Positions 1 to 9,451 of a stretch of 32,000 nucleotides of DNA are shown here, piece after piece (within the stretch, counting starts at the first letter, position 1; each line of letters starts with the position of its first letter). The DNA is from Bellilinea caldifistulae. GTDB lineage: Bacteria; Chloroflexota; Anaerolineae; Anaerolineales; Anaerolineaceae. The position numbers and the translations under genes are program-made. The stretch is taken from positions 30,001-62,000 of the forward strand of contig NZ_LGHJ01000017.1 in NCBI RefSeq assembly GCF_001306055.1, in the 5' to 3' direction. Below the pieces are notes generated by a model. It did no database searches and was not told where the DNA came from. It worked only from the letters and a program-made list of their open reading frames with translations.

Positions 1-1444
1 TATCGGTATAACCTTCGCGGTAAATCACGTCCATGATACGGGCATTTTGTAAAAAGGTACCGTACACGCTGACTGCTTTTTGATTATCTAAAACCGTGCC
101 GTACAACAAATACCGTGCCACATGCGAGGCATTGAACGCATTCTGGAACAGGAAGGTATTTTCGGAATGTTCATCCTGGACTACATTGGGAATCATCACA
201 TCCCCAAGCCGGCCGTTCAAGGTAGCCGCCTTTCCCATGATATACACCCCCAAAATAGGATGAACGTGTTCGGAAATTTTGACCAGCAAATTATAGGCAG
301 CCACCCCAAGGGGATAATCAATGTTCAAAATCAGAGCATCACTGCGTTCCAGCCAGGCAAGTTCGCCGTGTTTAATGCGTGGATCCATCCGAGCCGGGTC
401 TAAACGGCGCAATTCAATTACCTGAGCTTCCACATCGAAATAATGCTCGCTCGGTATGCGCACAATCCCCAAATTGACTTCATCCATCGCCTGTGCATGA
501 AGTAACGCTCGCCCTTCGCTGGTCTGCTGATATTTCTTCAAAACATAATACAGGAAGTTCTCCTGACTGGAAGGCACCTGCCCATTGCAAATGCTCTCCC
601 ACTCGCGCTTGAGATCCTCGTTTTCCTTGCGATCCAGAAAGCGCATCAATTCATCACGATGTTGCAGGGCAAAACCGGTCGTCAGATTAATTAAGGAATG
701 GGTGTTGCTGGAGACGAAATAAACCGGGCGGCCGGTCAGGATGGGACAGCATCGTTGGATATTATCCCACCAGGCCTGGGTAGCCCGGCGGTAGTCCGCC
801 AGCGAACCGCTCAGCAGGCGCACCCCAATCCGGCAGCGTTTATGAGCAATCCGCTGTAAATTTGCGTAAAATTCCCGCCCCCACACCGTCCGCAGCCGTT
901 CGAGGTCTTCCACCGTCATTTCCAGCGTATTAGCCAGTTGCCGAAAGGCATCTTCGTCCTTTGCCAGCGTCCGGGCATTCAGCGGACGCTGCCATCTTTG
1001 CAATAAGTTGTGTAATTTATTCCACTCAATCTGGTAAGCCGTCAGGGTTGGAATAATGTCATCAATATCCGAGCGGCTGGCAATGTAGCAGGCCAGCGTA
1101 TCTTTCCCGTTGAAAAAACAACGCCGGCGGCGAGCGCGCGCCGAAACCGGCTGCCAGTTTTCCACCTGACTGTAACCGTGCTGGTTAAAAACACTGGCGC
1201 TCTGCCCCAAAACCACCGAGCGCACCTCGGTCATGCAATCCGGCAGGCGCAGCGAGCTGTAAATCAGCGCAGAAATGTCCGGAGTGACTTTGCGCGCATC
1301 CGGGTGCAGAGATGAGTTGGTCGCCGCATGAACTTCTTCCAACGAGCGGATTTGAACCTCGGCTGAAGTTCGCAGTAACGAGTAAATGGTACGCAGGTAC
1401 AGGTCAATTTCTTCCGAAGCCGTGCTGGGAACTGTTCTCTCCAT
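1..1444 (-). CDS. Uncharacterised protein, C-terminus cut by window edge (>=481 aa). Its C-terminal half resembles the nucleoside-phosphorylase / AMP-nucleosidase (PNP_UDP_1) fold
   Basis: Absent from the ORF track because it runs off the window. My own translation from the ATG at 1444 (complement) gives MERTVPSTASEEIDLYLRTIYSLL... and stays open to base 1. No competing ORF >=60 aa lies between 404 and 1263. The segment LILNIDYPLGVAAYNLL...IMGKAATLNGRLGDVMIPN resembles PNP_UDP_1 core motifs. The start is 13 nt downstream of the protease gene stop. Confidence 0.8.
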   Translation of the reverse strand, partial: MERTVPSTASEEIDLYLRTIYSLLRTSAEVQIRSLEEVHAATNSSLHPDARKVTPDISALIYSSLRLPDCMTEVRSVVLGQSASVFNQHGYSQVENWQPVSARARRRRCFFNGKDTLACYIASRSDIDDIIPTLTAYQIEWNKLHNLLQRWQRPLNARTLAKDEDAFRQLANTLEMTVEDLERLRTVWGREFYANLQRIAHKRCRIGVRLLSGSLADYRRATQAWWDNIQRCCPILTGRPVYFVSSNTHSLINLTTGFALQHRDELMRFLDRKENEDLKREWESICNGQVPSSQENFLYYVLKKYQQTSEGRALLHAQAMDEVNLGIVRIPSEHYFDVEAQVIELRRLDPARMDPRIKHGELAWLERSDALILNIDYPLGVAAYNLLVKISEHVHPILGVYIMGKAATLNGRLGDVMIPNVVQDEHSENTFLFQNAFNASHVARYLLYGTVLDNQKAVSVYGTFLQNARIMDVIYREGYTD

Positions 1445-1457
1445 GTCCCAAATTGTA

Positions 1458-1994
1458 TCACGAGGGCTCCCCAAACATACGGCTTAACGCCCGGCTTATG
1501 TGAATGACAGCCTTTTTGACCGGCACGCTGAGGGGCGCGTCAAACTCCAGGGTTTCAGGTTGAATGCCCAACAACACCACCCGGCAGCCCAGTTCTCTTT
1601 GTAAAAATTCTGCCAGCACCGAAGGTGGCAGGGTATGCGTCGAAGCACTTAAACCGTCCAGGGCTTCAACCTCAACCAGCATAACGCTGCCGGCTGACCG
1701 GCCCATCTCGGCGCTATCCACCATCACCACCACCTGTGGACGAAAGCGGCGCAGCCTTCCGGTCACATTCTCCGGGGCTGTGCCGCCTTCAATCAGCAGG
1801 AGATGATCCGATTGGTTTAATTTTTTCTGGAGGGTGCGCACGACCAGCACCCCAGCGGCATCATCTCCGTTGAACTGGTTACCAATACCGATAACTGCAA
1901 TCCGCAGCGGATGACCAACCTCACTCGCAAGGCGATTCAACAGGCTGCGCAGCTGCGCGCTCCATGAGGAAGCGGATGTCCTCGTCTTTTCCAT
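1458..1994 (-). CDS. hycI: [NiFe]-hydrogenase maturation endopeptidase (HycI/HybD family)
   Basis: IAVIGIGNQFNGDDAAGVLV matches the GIGN-x4-DD-x-G motif of hydrogenase C-terminal processing proteases. It is the last gene of the hydrogenase cluster. The true start is probably internal (in-frame TTG at 1940), because 1921-1994 overlaps the upstream ferredoxin gene. Confidence 0.85.
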   Translation of the reverse strand: MEKTRTSASSWSAQLRSLLNRLASEVGHPLRIAVIGIGNQFNGDDAAGVLVVRTLQKKLNQSDHLLLIEGGTAPENVTGRLRRFRPQVVVMVDSAEMGRSAGSVMLVEVEALDGLSASTHTLPPSVLAEFLQRELGCRVVLLGIQPETLEFDAPLSVPVKKAVIHISRALSRMFGEPS

Positions 1995-2343
1995 AATAGA
2001 CTTCCAGCGGTTTTTTGTTGGTCACCGCCTGCTCCCATTCTTCATCGCTCAATTCAAGGCATTTGAACCGGCAAGAAACCACACACTGCGAGCAGTAGAT
2101 GCAGCGGTCTTGATGATAGCGCATCACAAAGCGTTTATTGACCTTGTCAATGACAATCAGCTCAATTGCGTTTGCCGGGCAGTCCTTAACGCACAACTGA
2201 CAGCCGGTACACTTTTCAGGATCCCAATGCAGCTTTCCGCGAAAGCGTTCCGGGGCCGGTTGCCGCTCAAACGGATACTGACGGGTTACCGGCTTTTTAA
2301 ACAACGACTTAATCAGGTCTTCAATCATCGAACCAATGCTCAT
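1921..2343 (-). CDS. Hydrogenase 2x[4Fe-4S] ferredoxin-type subunit (NuoI/HycF/MbhN-like)
   Basis: 140 aa with two cluster motifs: CTGCQLCVKDCP and CIYCSQCVVSC. It sits directly after the NuoH-like gene. Confidence 0.85.
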   Translation of the reverse strand: MSIGSMIEDLIKSLFKKPVTRQYPFERQPAPERFRGKLHWDPEKCTGCQLCVKDCPANAIELIVIDKVNKRFVMRYHQDRCIYCSQCVVSCRFKCLELSDEEWEQAVTNKKPLEVYYGKDEDIRFLMERAAAQPVESPCE

Positions 2344-2353
2344 CGTTTCACCC

Positions 2354-3292
2354 TCACAACCACCATTGACGGATGTAAATACCGGCCAGAATTGCCAGAA
2401 TTTGCACCAGCCCCATTAAAGCCCCAACCCGCCACCACAGACCAACCGTCTGGTCAATCCGCAGACGGGCGAAAGCAGTTTGAAGCAACGCCATCACCAG
2501 CAGCAGCCCGCCGGTCTTTAATACAAAGTCCAACGGGTTGGCAATTCCACCCAGATAAAAAGCAGCAACCAGCGTCAGACCAATCACCAGCTCAATATCC
2601 TTGCTGAGGCGGAAGAGGGCAAACCCGCGGCCGCTGTACTCGGTTAATGCGCCGGCAACAATTTCGGTTTCCGCTTCGGGAGCATCGAAAGGCGGAAGTT
2701 CTAATTTACCCATCAAACCCACCAGCGCAACCAGAAAACCGATGGGCTGGGCAACGATAAACCAGGTCGTTTCACCGGCATACGCGTTAATTTTGCTGAT
2801 CTGCCAGGATTGAGCCGCCAGCGCCGGGCCGATCACTGCCAGCAGGAAAGGCGCCTCATAAGAGAACAACTGGGTTAGCGTGCGGGTTGCGCCTACCAAA
2901 GAAAAACGATCCACCGAATTAGCCCCTGCCAGCCCCAGCGAAATGGTCAAGGCGCTGAGCAGGTAAATCGTGACGATCAGGTCGCCCTGAAACGAGAAGA
3001 AAGGTTGCACGCCAAACATCGGTACATACAGCGCCGCGGTTAAAGCGGCTGCCAGGGCGATGATCGGCAGGGCAACGAACAGGCCGCGGTGAGCACCCTC
3101 TGGGATGATCTCTTCCTTTGCCAGCAGTTTCAACACATCCGCCAGCGGCTGAAGGAAGCGCGGGCCAACCCGGTTCTGAAAGCGTGCGACCAGTTTGCGG
3201 TCAGCCCACTGAAAGACCAGCCCACTGGCCAGCAAGAACAGACCGCCCGGAAAGAACAACAGTACAATGAGAGGATGGATCGTCAAATTCAT
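2354..3292 (-). CDS. Hydrogenase membrane subunit (NuoH/HycD/MbhM-like)
   Basis: Polytopic membrane protein with the NuoH-type motif FQNRVGP. I place the start at MNLTIHPL (ATG 3292), which overlaps the large-subunit TGA as ATGA. The track start at 3337 would overlap the upstream gene by 49 nt. Confidence 0.85.
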   Translation of the reverse strand: MNLTIHPLIVLLFFPGGLFLLASGLVFQWADRKLVARFQNRVGPRFLQPLADVLKLLAKEEIIPEGAHRGLFVALPIIALAAALTAALYVPMFGVQPFFSFQGDLIVTIYLLSALTISLGLAGANSVDRFSLVGATRTLTQLFSYEAPFLLAVIGPALAAQSWQISKINAYAGETTWFIVAQPIGFLVALVGLMGKLELPPFDAPEAETEIVAGALTEYSGRGFALFRLSKDIELVIGLTLVAAFYLGGIANPLDFVLKTGGLLLVMALLQTAFARLRIDQTVGLWWRVGALMGLVQILAILAGIYIRQWWL

Positions 3293-4476
3293 CGGTAATA
3301 CTCTATCCCATAGTTTCTCAAATCTGCCCATGTCCACACTTGCGGGTCTTGCCGATTGCGCTTGACCATCACCAGCCGGTCATTGCAGGAAAAACACGGG
3401 TCAATTCCGGCCAGAATCATCGGCATGTCCGCCAATTTGTGACCAACAGCCAGGGTGATGACCGTTCCCCAGTTACACAGACTGGGAGTCCGAACTTTGA
3501 CCCGCTCCGGCTTTTCACCTCCACCGCTGGCGATGAAGTAAAACAACTCACCGCGCGGGGCTTCAACCCGGCTGATGGTTTCGCCGGCGGGAATACGGCG
3601 CGGTACGCGGGTGACCAGTTCGCTTTCCGGCATATTTTCAAAAATCCGCCGCAGCACCCGGATACTCTCCATCGTTTCCAAAATCCGCACCACAAAACGG
3701 GCGTGCAGGTCGCCTTCCTGGGCAACCACCATCTCTACCGGAAATTCAGCATAGGCGGCATAGGGGGCATCCACGCGCACATCATAAGCGAAATTAGAGG
3801 CCCGTGCCGTCGGCCCAACTGCACCCAACAACTGGGCTTGCTCGCGAGTCATCGTCCCAATTCCGCGTGTACGGCCAATGAAGGTTTCATCGTTGTTGAC
3901 CACATCCAGATAATGAGCCAGCCGTTCTTCCAGATAATTCAGCCCCTCGCGAATTTTGTCCATCATGTCAGGCGTGAGATCGTACTTCACCCCGCCAATC
4001 AGATTGGCCGAGTAATGCACACGATTTCCGCTCAGCATTTCGAGCATGTCCATGACCACTTCGCGGTCACGCCAGGAGTACATAAACAGTGCATCAAAAC
4101 CGCCTTCATGGGCGGCCACCCCCAGCCACAACATGTGACTGTGAATGCGCTCCAGTTCGGCAAAAATTTCTCGGATGGCACGCGCCCTCGGCGGAGCTTC
4201 GACTCCGGCCAGTTTTTCAACCCCCTGAACGAAAGCCGTGGCATGAATGTGGGAGCAGATTCCGCAGATGCGTTCCATCAAATACAGGTTTTGCGTCCAG
4301 GTGCGGTCTTCGGCACCCTTTTCGATACCGCGATGGACGTAGCCAAGGCGGACGCTGGCACCGGTAACAATTTCACCGTCCACCACAAATTCAAAGTGAC
4401 CGGGTTCCTTCAACGCCGGGTGCTGAGGGCCAATTGGCACCACAAAACGATTTTCTCCGTGTTTTTCAAGTGTCAT
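3289..4476 (-). CDS. Group 4 [NiFe]-hydrogenase large (catalytic) subunit (NuoD/HycE/MbhL/EchE-like)
   Basis: N-terminal Ni-Fe motif ERICGICSHIH (about 4247-4276) and C-terminal motif DPCFSCNDR (3376-3402), followed by a ~28-aa tail (LVMVKRNRQDPQVWTWADLRNYGIEYYR). I place the start at MTLEKHGENRFVVPIGPQHP (ATG 4476), preceded by GGAGG and 1 nt after the upstream TAA. The track start at 4611 looks like an artefactual extension. Confidence 0.92.
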   Translation of the reverse strand: MTLEKHGENRFVVPIGPQHPALKEPGHFEFVVDGEIVTGASVRLGYVHRGIEKGAEDRTWTQNLYLMERICGICSHIHATAFVQGVEKLAGVEAPPRARAIREIFAELERIHSHMLWLGVAAHEGGFDALFMYSWRDREVVMDMLEMLSGNRVHYSANLIGGVKYDLTPDMMDKIREGLNYLEERLAHYLDVVNNDETFIGRTRGIGTMTREQAQLLGAVGPTARASNFAYDVRVDAPYAAYAEFPVEMVVAQEGDLHARFVVRILETMESIRVLRRIFENMPESELVTRVPRRIPAGETISRVEAPRGELFYFIASGGGEKPERVKVRTPSLCNWGTVITLAVGHKLADMPMILAGIDPCFSCNDRLVMVKRNRQDPQVWTWADLRNYGIEYYR

Positions 4477-4477
4477 C

Positions 4478-4984
4478 TTAACCTCCTTCGGCTCCACCGC
4501 TAAATCTGGCAGCAGGCACAAACGACTTACGCAACGGGTACACACCCTCCGGCCAGCTATCCGCCAAAATGAGCCGGCTGGTATCCGGGGTACCTTCCAC
4601 CTTGACCCCAAACATTTCCATCAACTCCCGCTCTCCCAGCGTTGCCGAGGGAATCAGCGGGCAAATGCTCGGTAAAACTGCATCGGCATAGGGCACCCTC
4701 ACCCGCAAATTGACAATAGCCGCCCCGGAACAGAAGCTATATAACACCTCAATCTCACCTTCCTCCGGTGACTGCCCTTCTTCAACGGCTGCGGCCGGTC
4801 GGTCAATCCCCGTAATGGTTGAAAGGTAACCCCAGCGGGCTTCCACCAACACTTTGATTGCAGGGATCAGGTTCTCCCGCGCAAGGTAAACATCCAGCCG
4901 ATTCGTCTCCGGGCGACTGGAACTTTGGGCATACGGTTGCAGCAGATTTTCTGCCTTTTGAAGAATTTCCTCCAGCGTGCTCAT
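4478..4984 (-). CDS. Hydrogenase NuoC/MbhK-like (30 kDa family) subunit
   Basis: The C-terminal ERELMEMFGVKVEGTPDTSRLILADSWPEGVYPLRKSF matches the NuoC family signature (E-x-E-x2-dmfG ... hPLRKdf). Its ATG overlaps the small-subunit TGA (ATGA at 4981-4984). Confidence 0.85.
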   Translation of the reverse strand: MSTLEEILQKAENLLQPYAQSSSRPETNRLDVYLARENLIPAIKVLVEARWGYLSTITGIDRPAAAVEEGQSPEEGEIEVLYSFCSGAAIVNLRVRVPYADAVLPSICPLIPSATLGERELMEMFGVKVEGTPDTSRLILADSWPEGVYPLRKSFVPAARFSGGAEGG

Positions 4985-5514
4985 TGGCGCACCTCCGCCT
5001 GTGGCATCTCAAAACCGGCGGGTAATTCGACCGTCATCGTGCGTTCCGGACGCTTGCCGCTTTTCAGCGCTTCCAGCAGCACGGCCACCCCATAAATGAT
5101 GCCCTCCGGGCGCGGCGGGCAGCCCGGCACAAACACATCCACCGGTAGCACTTCATCAATGCCATGAACGATGTTATAACAGCCATGAAAAACGCCCCCC
5201 GAAAGCCCGCACGACCCCACCGCAATCACAAATTTCGGCTCCGGCATCTGCCAGTAAATCCGCAACAGACGATCTTTGGCTTGTAAGGATACCGGACCGG
5301 TACAAATCAGTACATCCGCATGGCGGGGAGAACCCTGCAACTTAATCCCAAACCGTTCTACGTCATAACGCGGCGTTAGAGTTGCCAGAATTTCAATATC
5401 ACAGCCATTGCACGAACCACTATTGAAGTGAATTGCCCAGGGGGAATTAACCCGCGCCCACGTGCGGATTTTATCCAGCACCTGCTGCCATGGTGTGCTC
5501 ACCTCAAGACCCAT
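4981..5514 (-). CDS. Group 4 [NiFe]-hydrogenase small subunit (NuoB/MbhJ/HycG-like)
   Basis: Four Cys ligands for a single [4Fe-4S] cluster in NuoB-type spacing: SCNGCDIE, GSCGLSGG, VPGCPPRPE. I prefer the start at MGLEV (ATG 5514), which is preceded by GAGGAGG. The track start is 5532. Confidence 0.9.
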   Translation of the reverse strand: MGLEVSTPWQQVLDKIRTWARVNSPWAIHFNSGSCNGCDIEILATLTPRYDVERFGIKLQGSPRHADVLICTGPVSLQAKDRLLRIYWQMPEPKFVIAVGSCGLSGGVFHGCYNIVHGIDEVLPVDVFVPGCPPRPEGIIYGVAVLLEALKSGKRPERTMTVELPAGFEMPQAEVRQ

Positions 5515-5551
5515 TCCAACCTCCTCTTTCAAATCTTAAATCCGATACAAC

Positions 5552-5863
5552 CTATCCTAATAATAATGCAACCAGCGCCAAAATCAACCCCAGTAAAAAG
5601 GGCAGGATGCTGGCACTGAACTCACCCGTGCCTAATACCAGCATTCCCAAATGCAGAATGGCAAAGAAAAATGCAATCAGGAAAAAGGGACGGTAACCCG
5701 GCGCTGCGGCGGTGGAGGGAGCTGCTTCACCGCTTCCATAAGCACTTTCCTTAACCGGAGAAGGATTCTCCGGGCCGGCCAGCACTTTGCCAAACCGTTC
5801 AATGATCAGTACCAACGGGATGTAGAGTAAGAATGCCAGTGGAGGAGAGAGCAGAATTTCCAT
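5552..5863 (-). CDS. Small membrane subunit, NuoA/MbhI-like
   Basis: 103 aa with ~3 TM helices. The loop KESAYGSGEAAP sits where NuoA carries YECG, followed by FFLIAFFFAILHL. Strong RBS AAGGAGG. Confidence 0.65.
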   Translation of the reverse strand: MEILLSPPLAFLLYIPLVLIIERFGKVLAGPENPSPVKESAYGSGEAAPSTAAAPGYRPFFLIAFFFAILHLGMLVLGTGEFSASILPFLLGLILALVALLLG

Positions 5864-5877
5864 AAAGGTTTACCTCC

Positions 5878-7383
5878 TTAACCGCCCAGTAAGGCCAACA
5901 GACTTTGAGCAGCCGGTTGGGTCAGCCAGCTCACCAGAGAAGGCCAGAAGCCCAACACAACCACGCCGAGAGTCAGTATGAGTAAAGCCGCGTTCATCCA
6001 CGCTGAAACCGGCTGACCGCTTTCAATCCGGCTGGATGGCTGATGACGGTACATCCGGTTGATCAGCGGGGCGTAATAACCAAGCGAGAGAACGCTGTTA
6101 AGGGCAGCGAAAATCACCAGCACAATTGCCCAGGTCTGGCGGGTTTCAAAACCGCCTACGAAGATCTGCCATTTGGACATAAAACCTGCCAGCGGGGGAA
6201 TACCGCCCAATCCGAGCAGTGCAACACTCAAGGTAAACGCCGCCAGGGGATAACGGGTTGCTGCCCCGTCCAAATCATCCACCATCAACGGCTGATGCTT
6301 GCCATTGGCAATGTACACGGCATAGAGCAGAGCGCCGGCCGCAAGAAACGCCAGTCCCTTCATCAAGCCGTGGGTGATAACATGAAAGAAACCACCCGCC
6401 GCCGCATTCGGCGCACCAAACGCAAAGGCACAGCCAATCCCCAAAACAATGTACCCCATGTGGCTGAGACTGGAAAAAGCCAAAAGGCGTTTGACCTGCG
6501 TCTGGCGTAACGCCATCAGGTTGCCCAGCAGCATATTCAACGCGGCAAAGACCAGCAGGAAAACGCCCCAAAGCTGACTGACCGCAAATAATGCCCCCAG
6601 CGCCCGCAGCAGGGCAATTAACCCCGCTTCGATTACCACCCCCGAAAGCATGGCACTGATTCCGCTGGGCGCCTGCGAATGAGCATCCGGCAGCCAGGTA
6701 TGCAATGGTACCAACGCTGCTTTGACCCCAAAACCAATCAGGAACAACGCCCCGGCTGCCAGCATGACCGGCGTCAGCGGGGCATTGGCGCGGATAGCGC
6801 TCAAGGTGAGCGTGCCGGTCTGTCCAAAGACCAGCGCAATCCCAATCAACACAAGGGCCGAGCCGACCGCGCTTTGCACCAGATATTTGACCCCTGCTTC
6901 CAGGGCTGCTGGCGTCTGGCGGTGGAAAGCAACCAGCGGGTATGAGGCAATTGCCATCAACTCGAACCAGACCCACAGGTTGAACAGGTCTGTGGCGCAC
7001 CCCAAGCCGATCATCCCGCCGACCATTGCGCTCAGCAGGGCATAGAATTTTTCCTGATGTTCTTCCCTGTTGAGATACGGTCCGGAGAACAAGGTAACCA
7101 GCACACTCAGCACCAGCACCAGCGTGGCGAGGAGTGCACCCACCCCATCCAGTTGCAGCCGAATGACACCCAGCGAAAACGAAACCGGGCCGCCCTGATC
7201 CAGGATGACTTGCAAGGCGATCGCAAGCGGATAGAACGCCGCCAGCAGTACCAGCAACGCAACCCACCGGGCCGGGTTCAGGCCCGGTTTTCTCCGCTCA
7301 ACCAGCCTGCCAACCAAATAGATCAGCGGTGTGCCCAGCAGGGGCAAACCCACCACGAGGAGAAATGCAACGCCCGCTTCCAT
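5878..7383 (-). CDS. Antiporter-like membrane subunit (NuoM/NuoN/MrpD/HyfD family)
   Basis: ~500 aa polytopic protein with the proton-conducting transporter core (WLPDAHSQAPSGISAMLSGV..., LAFSSLSHMGY). I prefer the start at MEAGVAF (ATG 7383), with a GGGAGGG RBS, 1 nt after the upstream TGA. Confidence 0.85.
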   Translation of the reverse strand: MEAGVAFLLVVGLPLLGTPLIYLVGRLVERRKPGLNPARWVALLVLLAAFYPLAIALQVILDQGGPVSFSLGVIRLQLDGVGALLATLVLVLSVLVTLFSGPYLNREEHQEKFYALLSAMVGGMIGLGCATDLFNLWVWFELMAIASYPLVAFHRQTPAALEAGVKYLVQSAVGSALVLIGIALVFGQTGTLTLSAIRANAPLTPVMLAAGALFLIGFGVKAALVPLHTWLPDAHSQAPSGISAMLSGVVIEAGLIALLRALGALFAVSQLWGVFLLVFAALNMLLGNLMALRQTQVKRLLAFSSLSHMGYIVLGIGCAFAFGAPNAAAGGFFHVITHGLMKGLAFLAAGALLYAVYIANGKHQPLMVDDLDGAATRYPLAAFTLSVALLGLGGIPPLAGFMSKWQIFVGGFETRQTWAIVLVIFAALNSVLSLGYYAPLINRMYRHQPSSRIESGQPVSAWMNAALLILTLGVVVLGFWPSLVSWLTQPAAQSLLALLGG

Positions 7384-7384
7384 G

Positions 7385-9136
7385 TCAACGCCCTCCCACA
7401 GCAAGACTTGCCAGTAAGATCAGGAATGCACAAACGATGGCAAACACATTCCAGTTCAACAGGCCCGGCTGAGTCACCCGCAGGGCTTCGGCCAGTTTTT
7501 GGGTGGCATTGACCACGCCGCGGTTGATTGCCTCAAAACCGAAACTCTCGGCTGCTGCCTTGCCCACCCCGCTGAGCGCCTGCCCCACCCGGCTCAGGCG
7601 CCGGCGCTGCCAGCCAGCCAGCCAGCCAAGTGCCACCACTCCCAGCGCCAGATAAGTCGCCGGAGCCGTGATGACTTCTTCAACTACCGCCAGCGTGCTG
7701 TGTACTTCCAGATGATGGGCTGGTAAACTCTCCGCCAGCAGGTGACCAAACGGCCCGGCCAGCAGCCAGGTGGTCAGGCTGCCAATGGCTAAGGGCAGCA
7801 GAGCCACTTTCATGGCATTGCCCGCATCGTGAACATGCCGTTCGGGATGCGCCTCACCGTAGAACACCATCGAGATCATGCGAACCGTGTAAAACGCCGT
7901 CAGCCCGGCCACAAAAACCATCAGCGCATACAACCACAGCGGATTTTCATGTAAACCCGCTTCCAGAATCAACTCTTTGCTCCAAAAGCCGTTGAAAATC
8001 GGGATGCCGGCCAAAGCCAAACCGCCAATCACAAATACGGCGCGGGTTACGGGCATATCCTTACCCAAGCCGCCCATCCGGCGCATATCGCGTGTACCCA
8101 CCGAGTGAATCACCGCCCCCGCAGCCAGGAACAACAGCGCCTTGAAAACGGAATGGCTGAGCAGGTGAAATTGACTGGCAAAAACCCCACCGGCACCAAC
8201 TGCATAAACCATAAAGCCCAATTGGGAAATGGTGGAATAAGCCAGTACCCGCTTCAAGTCGGTGGCAACCATCGCCATAACGGCTGCCAGCAAAGCCGAA
8301 AGCATCCCCACAATCATCACCGCTTCCCGCCAACCCGGAACCCCGGCAAAGGCCGGGTAAAAACGCGCCAGTAAATACACCCCGGCATTGACCATTGTAG
8401 CCGCATGAATCAGAGCACTGATGGGCGTGGGGGCTTCCATCGCATCCGGCAACCAGGTCTGGAAGGGGAATTGGGCGGATTTTGCCGCTGCAGCAATCAG
8501 ACAACCAAAACCCATCCAGGCCAGCACTCCTGCTGGCAAAATTGCCGGATTTTCAAGCAGCACATGAAAATCATTGCTGCCGGTATAGGCATACAGAAGC
8601 AGCGCCCCCGCCAGCAAACCAATCCCACCCAGCTGTGTGATGATCAGTGCTTTGATACCGCCCGCAACTGCCTTCGGATCATCGTTATGAAAAGAAATCA
8701 GCGCGTACGAACAAAGGGCAGTAATTTCCCAAAAGAAGAACATGAGCAGCAAATTACTGGTCAACACCAGACCGGCCATTCCCCCGATGAAAAACAGCAC
8801 AAAGGCGTAATAACGGGGCAGTTGCCCTTCCCCGTGCATATAATCCACCGAGAAGATGACCGCCAGCGAGCCAACTACTGTGGCAATGGCCGCCAGAAAA
8901 ACCCCCAATCCATCTACCACGAAGGTGAAATCACCAAACACCCCCCCCATCGGAAGGGAATAAACCAGCCGTTCTTTGCCGTAAGGCAGCAGCAGTAAAG
9001 CAGCAACCCCTGCCGCCACCGAAAACGCCACAGCCAGCAGATGGGTGAATTTTTCGTCCCGATCACCAGCCAGCCAGATGACCAGCGCCCCCAGCCAGGG
9101 CAAGCCAATTGTCAGCGTCAGCCAGGTCATCGCCAT
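7385..9136 (-). CDS. Antiporter-like membrane subunit (NuoL/MrpA/HyfB family)
   Basis: 583 aa polytopic protein. WLPDAMEAPTPISALIHAATMVNAGVYLL and LAYSTISQLGFM are typical NuoL/MrpA motifs. A GGAGG RBS overlaps the end of the previous gene. Confidence 0.88.
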   Translation of the reverse strand: MAMTWLTLTIGLPWLGALVIWLAGDRDEKFTHLLAVAFSVAAGVAALLLLPYGKERLVYSLPMGGVFGDFTFVVDGLGVFLAAIATVVGSLAVIFSVDYMHGEGQLPRYYAFVLFFIGGMAGLVLTSNLLLMFFFWEITALCSYALISFHNDDPKAVAGGIKALIITQLGGIGLLAGALLLYAYTGSNDFHVLLENPAILPAGVLAWMGFGCLIAAAAKSAQFPFQTWLPDAMEAPTPISALIHAATMVNAGVYLLARFYPAFAGVPGWREAVMIVGMLSALLAAVMAMVATDLKRVLAYSTISQLGFMVYAVGAGGVFASQFHLLSHSVFKALLFLAAGAVIHSVGTRDMRRMGGLGKDMPVTRAVFVIGGLALAGIPIFNGFWSKELILEAGLHENPLWLYALMVFVAGLTAFYTVRMISMVFYGEAHPERHVHDAGNAMKVALLPLAIGSLTTWLLAGPFGHLLAESLPAHHLEVHSTLAVVEEVITAPATYLALGVVALGWLAGWQRRRLSRVGQALSGVGKAAAESFGFEAINRGVVNATQKLAEALRVTQPGLLNWNVFAIVCAFLILLASLAVGGR

Positions 9137-9139
9137 AGG

Positions 9140-9451
9140 CTACCTCCGTAGCGTGGTCAACGCGCTTAAGTCCAGAGTGCCAACCACCCGCCGTACCTGC
9201 ACCGCCAGCGCAAGCCCCACCACCGCTACAATCGTATCGGCAACGATCACGGTCAGTGCCAGACTCTGTCCGAGGTTTTCCTGCCCCTGCAAGCGACCGG
9301 CCAGTACCAGCGCCAGCATGGCAGCCTTAACCATGATTTGCAGCGCAACCACCACCTTAATCAAATTGCGCACGGTCAGCAGCGCATAGGTGCCCACCCC
9401 CAACAAACCGATCACAATCAAAATCACAATGTTTGGAACGGATAAATTCAT
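9140..9451 (-). CDS. Small membrane subunit, NuoK/MrpC/MbhG-like
   Basis: ~103 aa with 3 TM helices, taking the start at MNLSVPNIVILIVIGLLGVGTYALL (ATG 9451). That ATG overlaps the upstream TGA as ATGA. The N-terminal 43 aa in the ORF track look spurious. Confidence 0.7.
   Translation of the reverse strand: MNLSVPNIVILIVIGLLGVGTYALLTVRNLIKVVVALQIMVKAAMLALVLAGRLQGQENLGQSLALTVIVADTIVAVVGLALAVQVRRVVGTLDLSALTTLRR

Noticed and set aside
3340-4503. 387-aa plus-strand ORF opposite the hydrogenase large subunit
   Set aside because: This is an antisense shadow ORF in GC-rich coding sequence. Its translation is low-complexity and motif-free, whereas the minus strand encodes a clear NiFe large subunit.
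6275-7267. 330-aa minus-strand ORF inside the NuoM-like gene (alternative frame)
   Set aside because: It is Gly/Arg/Cys-rich and lies out of frame with a well-supported membrane-subunit ORF that covers the same DNA.
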